From an uncultured bacterium (GTDB lineage Bacteria; Krumholzibacteriota; Krumholzibacteriia; Krumholzibacteriales; Krumholzibacteriaceae): a stretch of DNA of 10,764 nucleotides. The notes under the pieces were generated by a model. The model was not told the origin of the DNA, ran no database searches, and worked only from the letters and a program-made list of their open reading frames with translations. Location: NCBI GenBank assembly GCA_965371515.1, contig CBDUYR010000073.1, positions 1-10,764 of the forward strand. The letters are read 5' to 3'. Both the position numbers and the translations under genes were made by a program. This document shows positions 6,291 to 10,764 of the stretch, piece after piece (the first letter of the stretch is position 1; each line of letters starts with the position of its first letter).

Positions 6291-7607
6291 ATGACTCTTG
6301 CTGTTCTCTCGACATGCTTGGCTCTCTGCGCGAGTGATTTCATCTCGGTCTCGGAGATTCCCACCCCTTTCAACGATAACCTCATCTTCGGGAAGACCGT
6401 CAGGGAGATAAGGCTCGAGGGCAACCAGGATACCCGGGACGAACTCATATACAGGACGATGGCAACAAAGGTGGGCGAAGTCTACACGATGGATTCAGCC
6501 AAGCTGGACCGCAAATGGCTCGCGCAGCTCGGGGTTTTTACATCCATTTTCTTCCAGACGACAGATGAGGAGGAAGACAGTGTCGTCCTGGTCGTCACCA
6601 TGACCGAGGTAAACAAATATATGCCCGCACCTATCATCAAGGTGACAGATGAGAATGGATTGAGCGTCGGAGCGCTCCTCGCCACTCCGAACGTCCGGGG
6701 ATGGGCAGGCAAGGCATCCATCTTCTTCACTGTCGGAGGAGCGACGAATTTCGGCCTCCGTCTCAAGGATCCCTGGGTCCCGGGCAGGAGCTGGTTTTTT
6801 GGATATCAGTTCGACTACAAGCACTCGGAGCGCAGGAACAGGATCTACGAGTTCGAAGAAAGTTCCGACGACCTCTTTTTCCAGTTGACCCGCAATCTCA
6901 CGAACAATCTCAGATGGGGGCCGCAATTATTCTATCTGACCGTTAAGAGCGACCAACCTGATGTCACGCTGTCAGCGGACAACAGGGATCACATCCCCGG
7001 CCTCGGTGTGTTCATGCAGTACGACGGAAGGAACATGCCGATCTACCCGACACGGGGTGTGTGGCTGGGGGCTAACGTCAAGAAATGGGGTCTGGGGGGC
7101 GTGGACACCGACTACTGGCAGTTCATCCTCGACGGGCGCGGTTATATCGATTTCGGCTCCCCGCGGCACTCGATTGCGCTCTACTCACTGGCGACCTTAT
7201 CCACTGGTGAGGTCGGAGTGGATTATCCGGTCTACATGCAGTTCAATCTCGGAGGTGCTAACTCGGTGAGGGGATGGGAGCTCGGCTCCCGCGACGGCAA
7301 GAACCAGTTCATAAACACCGTAGAGTACTGGTACGTGCTGATGAGGCACAAGAGATGGAAGGCCTGGTTCTTCAAGTGGGCGATGGGCCTTCAGCTAGGC
7401 GCGTTCGCGGATGTGGGTACCGCATGGAACAACGGCGAAGAGTTCCACGGTAACTGGATCGGCGGCGGTGGAGTCGGTTTCCGTATCCTGCTTCCCACCA
7501 GTGTGATGTTCCGGCTGGACGTGGCGGTAGGGCAGGAGGGAGTCGGAGTAGGATTCTTCATATCCGGCAGGGAAAAGGGTGTGGCCCAGCTAGACCGCGT
7601 CCGTTGA
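6291..7607 (+). CDS. Omp85 superfamily (BamA/TamA-like) protein with one POTRA domain and a beta-barrel
   Basis: RBS AAAGGAG 6274-6280; POTRA pattern VREIRLEGNQDTRDELIYR...GEVY...LAQLGVFTSI...VTMTE; YDGRN..IYPTRG; loop-6 motif LGGANSVRGW (VRGF/Y equivalent); FADVGTAW; GGGVGFR; FRLDVAVG. Confidence 0.9.
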   Translation: MTLAVLSTCLALCASDFISVSEIPTPFNDNLIFGKTVREIRLEGNQDTRDELIYRTMATKVGEVYTMDSAKLDRKWLAQLGVFTSIFFQTTDEEEDSVVLVVTMTEVNKYMPAPIIKVTDENGLSVGALLATPNVRGWAGKASIFFTVGGATNFGLRLKDPWVPGRSWFFGYQFDYKHSERRNRIYEFEESSDDLFFQLTRNLTNNLRWGPQLFYLTVKSDQPDVTLSADNRDHIPGLGVFMQYDGRNMPIYPTRGVWLGANVKKWGLGGVDTDYWQFILDGRGYIDFGSPRHSIALYSLATLSTGEVGVDYPVYMQFNLGGANSVRGWELGSRDGKNQFINTVEYWYVLMRHKRWKAWFFKWAMGLQLGAFADVGTAWNNGEEFHGNWIGGGGVGFRILLPTSVMFRLDVAVGQEGVGVGFFISGREKGVAQLDRVR

Positions 7608-7661
7608 TGTCATCTGGCGAGAACTTAAGCATAAATGAAAGGAGCACTATCGGATTACCGT

Positions 7662-7758
7662 ATGGGATATCGACCGTCGACACCGGAGACGCTAGAACCG
7701 CCTTCCTTTGATCAAGCGGTTTGAGTCTGAGAGATGTACAAATCCAGGTGGTACGTCA
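7662..7758 (+). mobile_element. Remnant right end of an IS3-family (IS407-group-like) insertion sequence: transposase tail plus right inverted repeat
   Basis: 7662-7724 translates MGYRPSTPETLEPPSFDQAV*, resembling the IS3 OrfB tail (RPHSSL)GYRPPAPE. It is followed by GTACAAATCCAGGTGGTACGTCA ending in CA at 7758; the reverse complement TGACGTACCACC resembles TGACCTGCCCCC-type IS407-group ends (consensus recalled, not searched). Confidence 0.6.
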
Positions 7759-7759
7759 G

Positions 7760-7810
7760 GGACAGCTGAGAGCGTGCGTGGCCGAGAATCCTTACGAGCC
7801 GCCGAAGTGA
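7760..7810 (+). pseudogene. C-terminal remnant of a third sulfatase, paralogous to 1666..3120 (GQLRACVAENPYEPPK*)
   Basis: Aligns to the sulfatase 1 tail GQLGAHV...KDPYEPPKTK*. DNA identity by hand: 7760-7780 vs 3028-3048 = 16/21; 7784-7807 vs 3088-3111 = 19/24. About 12 codons are missing between the two blocks. Confidence 0.7.
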
Positions 7811-7866
7811 TCGTGCAGGATTTGCTCAAAGTGCGCTAACGCGCCGAACAAATAAAGGAGAAGAGA

Positions 7867-10239
7867 ATGAAAACGAAGAACATGAAGCGAACGTCTGTTA
7901 TTACAACAACGCTGTTTTCAATTCTTGGATTAACGAGAATTGCAGCCGCCGGTGATCAGATTGATAGAACGATTCTTCCAATTCAGCCTCCCGATTATAA
8001 ACCTATTACAGAGTTGGATGCTCGGAATGCCATAGCACCTGAGCGCTTTGAGGTGAAAGCACCTGAAGACGCTCCCAATGTCGTGGTTGTACTCATCGAT
8101 GATATCGGGTTTGGCGCCGCCGAAACGTTTGGCGGCCGCATTTCAACACCAACCTTCAGTAGACTTGCCGAGAATGGACTGCGGTTCAATCAATTTCATA
8201 CAACTGCATTATGCTCCCCAACAAGAGCCTGTCTGCTTTCTGGTAGAAATCACCATGCAGTAAACGTCGGTTCCGTGATGGAAATAGCGACCGGTTTTCC
8301 GGGGAATGCCGGTGAAAGACCGGATAATGCAAAATATGTAGCGGAGATCCTGCGCCATAATGGATACAGCACTGCTGCTTTTGGAAAATGGCATGAAACG
8401 GCCCCTTGGGAAGTGTCCGTATCTGGTCCTTTTTTCCGTTGGCCCACAAACTCCGGGTTTGACAAATTCTATGGCTTCATTGGAGGAGAAACCAATCAAT
8501 GGGATCCAGTAATATATGACGGCGTAACCAAGGTGGAGAAAAAAGACAATGAGGATTACCACTTTACAACCGACATGACGGACGAAGCCATTAAGTGGAT
8601 AAAGTTTCAGCAGGCCATGACTCCGGACAAACCATTTATGGTCTATTTCGCGCCTGGCGCGGTACACGCACCCCATCACGTTCCCAGGGAATGGATCGAA
8701 AAATACAAAGGCAAATTCGATGACGGGTGGGACAAGCTGCGCGAAGAGACATTAAAAAGACAGAAAGAGATGGGGATCATACCCAAAAACACCAAGCTTG
8801 CGCCCAAGCCGAGCGACATAAAGGATTGGGACAAACTCACCGAGAAGGAACGTAAACTTTTCGCCATTCAAGTAGAAACCTTCGCGGGAATGATGGAACA
8901 CACAGACTATGAAATTGGACGAATGGTTGATGCGATCGATGAGATCGGGGAGTTGGATAACACCCTGTTTATCTATATCATGGGTGATAATGGATCAAGT
9001 GCTGAAGGCGGACTGGTCGGCACCTATAACGAATTGATCGTGCTAAATGGCGCATTCGGAATAGAGACAATTGATGGCATGTTAGCAAGGGCCGATGAAT
9101 GGGGTGGTCCTGAATCATTCCCGCATATGTCTTGCGGTTGGTCGGTGGCTACCGGCGCACCTTTCAGTTGGACGAAACAAGTTGCCGCGGATTACGGGGG
9201 CACCAGAAACGGCATGGTGATGCACTGGCCGAAGGGCTTTAAATCAAAAGGTGAAATTCGCGCACAATGGCATCATGTGAATGATGTTGGACCAACAATT
9301 CTTGAAGCGGCTAAATTACCAGCACCAAAAATGATCAATGGAGTAGAACAGCGCCCAATGGATGGCATCAGCATGCTGTACGCAGCCGACAATCCTAAAG
9401 CCAAAGATCGCCACACCACCCAGTATTTTGAGATGTTCGGTAATAGAGCCATATACCACGAAGGTTGGTTGGCAAGGGCTGTTCACCGTGTGCCATGGAG
9501 GCGTAAAGTATTAAATACACTCCAGGAAGATAAATGGGAACTCTATAATACAGAAGAGGATTTCAGCCTTGCCGACGATTTGGCTGAGAAGTATCCTGAA
9601 AAACTGAAAGAAATGAAAGACTTGTTCGAAAAAGAAGCTATAAAGAACAATGTGTATCCCCTGGATGATCGAGGCTTGGAAAGATTCAATGCAGCCGTTG
9701 CCGGTCGACCCGATTTGATGGGTGGCCGTACCAGCCTGACCCTTTCGGACGGAATGAGCGGCATAACGGAAAATTCTTTTCTCAATGTAAAGAATAGATC
9801 AAAAACCATTATCGCGAACGTCGATCTAAAGGGAAATGACCGGGGTATTATTTTATGCCAGGGTGGCAGATTCGGCGGTTGGGCGTTATACATGGATAAC
9901 GGCACCCCTGCTTATATCTATAACTATTTTGGATTGGAAAGTTATACCATCAAGTCACCAAAGGCAGTAGGGAAGGGAAATGCGGAAGTCAGGCTGGAAT
10001 TTGCTTATGACGGCAATGGCTTGGGTAAAGGAGGGGTGGCCACTATTTATATTGATGGAGAAAAGGTAGTTGACGGCCGCATCCCTCATACGCAACCCTT
10101 TCTTTTTTCGGCCGATGAGACAGCTGATGTAGGAAAAGATGAGGCTACACAAGTTGCAACCTCCGTATTCAAGGATGTAAAAGATTCTGAATTTACCGGG
10201 TATGTTAAAAAGGTTGAAATAAGGATTTCTGAAAAATAA
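7867..10239 (+). CDS. Long-form arylsulfatase (AtsA-like S1 sulfatase), Cys-type, secreted, with a C-terminal LamG/ConA-like beta-sandwich (790 aa)
   Basis: RBS AAAGGAG 7854-7860; signal peptide ending near AAA|G; DRTILPI...APNVVVVLIDDIGFG; CSPTRACLLSGRNHH (C116); GKWH; APGAVHAPHH; GDNGSSAEG; QYFEMFGNRAIY; C-terminal QGGRFGGWALY...DVGKD...FTG domain. Confidence 0.97.
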   Translation: MKTKNMKRTSVITTTLFSILGLTRIAAAGDQIDRTILPIQPPDYKPITELDARNAIAPERFEVKAPEDAPNVVVVLIDDIGFGAAETFGGRISTPTFSRLAENGLRFNQFHTTALCSPTRACLLSGRNHHAVNVGSVMEIATGFPGNAGERPDNAKYVAEILRHNGYSTAAFGKWHETAPWEVSVSGPFFRWPTNSGFDKFYGFIGGETNQWDPVIYDGVTKVEKKDNEDYHFTTDMTDEAIKWIKFQQAMTPDKPFMVYFAPGAVHAPHHVPREWIEKYKGKFDDGWDKLREETLKRQKEMGIIPKNTKLAPKPSDIKDWDKLTEKERKLFAIQVETFAGMMEHTDYEIGRMVDAIDEIGELDNTLFIYIMGDNGSSAEGGLVGTYNELIVLNGAFGIETIDGMLARADEWGGPESFPHMSCGWSVATGAPFSWTKQVAADYGGTRNGMVMHWPKGFKSKGEIRAQWHHVNDVGPTILEAAKLPAPKMINGVEQRPMDGISMLYAADNPKAKDRHTTQYFEMFGNRAIYHEGWLARAVHRVPWRRKVLNTLQEDKWELYNTEEDFSLADDLAEKYPEKLKEMKDLFEKEAIKNNVYPLDDRGLERFNAAVAGRPDLMGGRTSLTLSDGMSGITENSFLNVKNRSKTIIANVDLKGNDRGIILCQGGRFGGWALYMDNGTPAYIYNYFGLESYTIKSPKAVGKGNAEVRLEFAYDGNGLGKGGVATIYIDGEKVVDGRIPHTQPFLFSADETADVGKDEATQVATSVFKDVKDSEFTGYVKKVEIRISEK

Positions 10240-10744
10240 ACGCTGGTAATGGCGAGGGATGAAGATCAAGAACAAGGATTGACTTCTTTCTCGCGTCGAT
10301 TGCCGTGATATCCTCGTTGCGTCCTATGGTGTAGCGCCTGACCTTGTGCGTTCTGGTCCGGTAGCTGAGGAAATAGGAGCGTGCTGTCCCTTCTATTAAT
10401 TCTATCGGGGCCTTAATGCGTGATGATTTCTTACAGATCTAATGAAAGTTGGAGAGGGAATTCCGAGACTTCCTTGCTGCAATCGGAATATAGAATATTA
10501 AAATCTTCTCGAAGCAGATTTAGCTATTGGAAGGCAAACTATTCCATGACCAGGAGAAGAAGATCTGATTTTGAAGAAACGGATCACTCAAGCAGCTTGC
10601 CGATAATAGCGATGATGCAGTCCGCCATGATTTGCATCCCTAAGCGACGCGACCCGACCCGATCGAGCGCCGGGGGGACCCCAGTGGATTGGGTGGGGCA
10701 GATGTCTGTGCTCGTGTTGAAGAATATATATTTGGAATTAATGG

Positions 10745-10753
10745 TGTTATAAT
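10745..10753 (+). promoter_or_regulatory. Extended -10 element (TGtTATAAT), probably for a gene beyond the window
   Basis: Perfect TGnTATAAT in an AT-rich tract, with no good -35. AGGAG follows at 10756-10760. Confidence 0.4.
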
Positions 10754-10764
10754 GTAGGAGATAG

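Noticed and set aside
6283..6294. Mini-ORF MGQ* overlapping the Omp85 start
   Set aside because: Only 2 nt from the RBS, whose spacing fits ATG 6291 better; no evidence of function.
5653..6315. 220-aa minus-strand ORF and the other short overlapping ORFs in the track
   Set aside because: They overlap well-supported + strand genes and have Ser/Arg/Pro-rich shadow composition.
7638..7651. Orphan RBS AAAGGAG followed by ATC instead of ATG
   Set aside because: Could be the start of a gene destroyed by the IS, but too little sequence remains to support a call.
10645..10664. Four imperfect CGACC-like 5-mers
   Set aside because: Too short and degenerate; not a CRISPR array or iteron set.
10420..10752. 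110-aa ORF
   Set aside because: No RBS or recognisable domain, atypical composition, and it ends within a promoter-like tract.
1..10764. tRNA, rRNA, CRISPR array or anti-phage defence genes
   Set aside because: No cloverleaf, rRNA-like sequence, regularly spaced repeats or defence-type domains were recognised.

Overview
A + strand cluster from a diderm bacterium, built around two secreted Cys-type (formylglycine-dependent) S1 sulfatases of different lineages and GC content. In order: a stand-alone receiver protein, a small beta-barrel-like outer-membrane protein (OMP), sulfatase 1, a small hypothetical protein, an SphA/MetA-type OMP, an M48 metalloprotease lipoprotein, a single-POTRA Omp85 (BamA/TamA-like) protein and sulfatase 2. 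No SusCD/TonB-dependent receptor or sulfatase maturase is in the window. The intergenic spaces carry gene debris the ORF track misses: a truncated lipoprotein signal peptide joined to the tail of a FixJ/LuxR-type regulator, an IS3-family (IS407-like) right end abutting the tail of a lost third sulfatase, a possible DUF3604 tail and a possible frameshifted signal peptide. The most novel hypothesis is a sulfatase/porin locus with its own Omp85 + M48 assembly module; all three predicted barrels end in Arg rather than an aromatic residue. All family assignments come from motif recognition by eye, not database searches.
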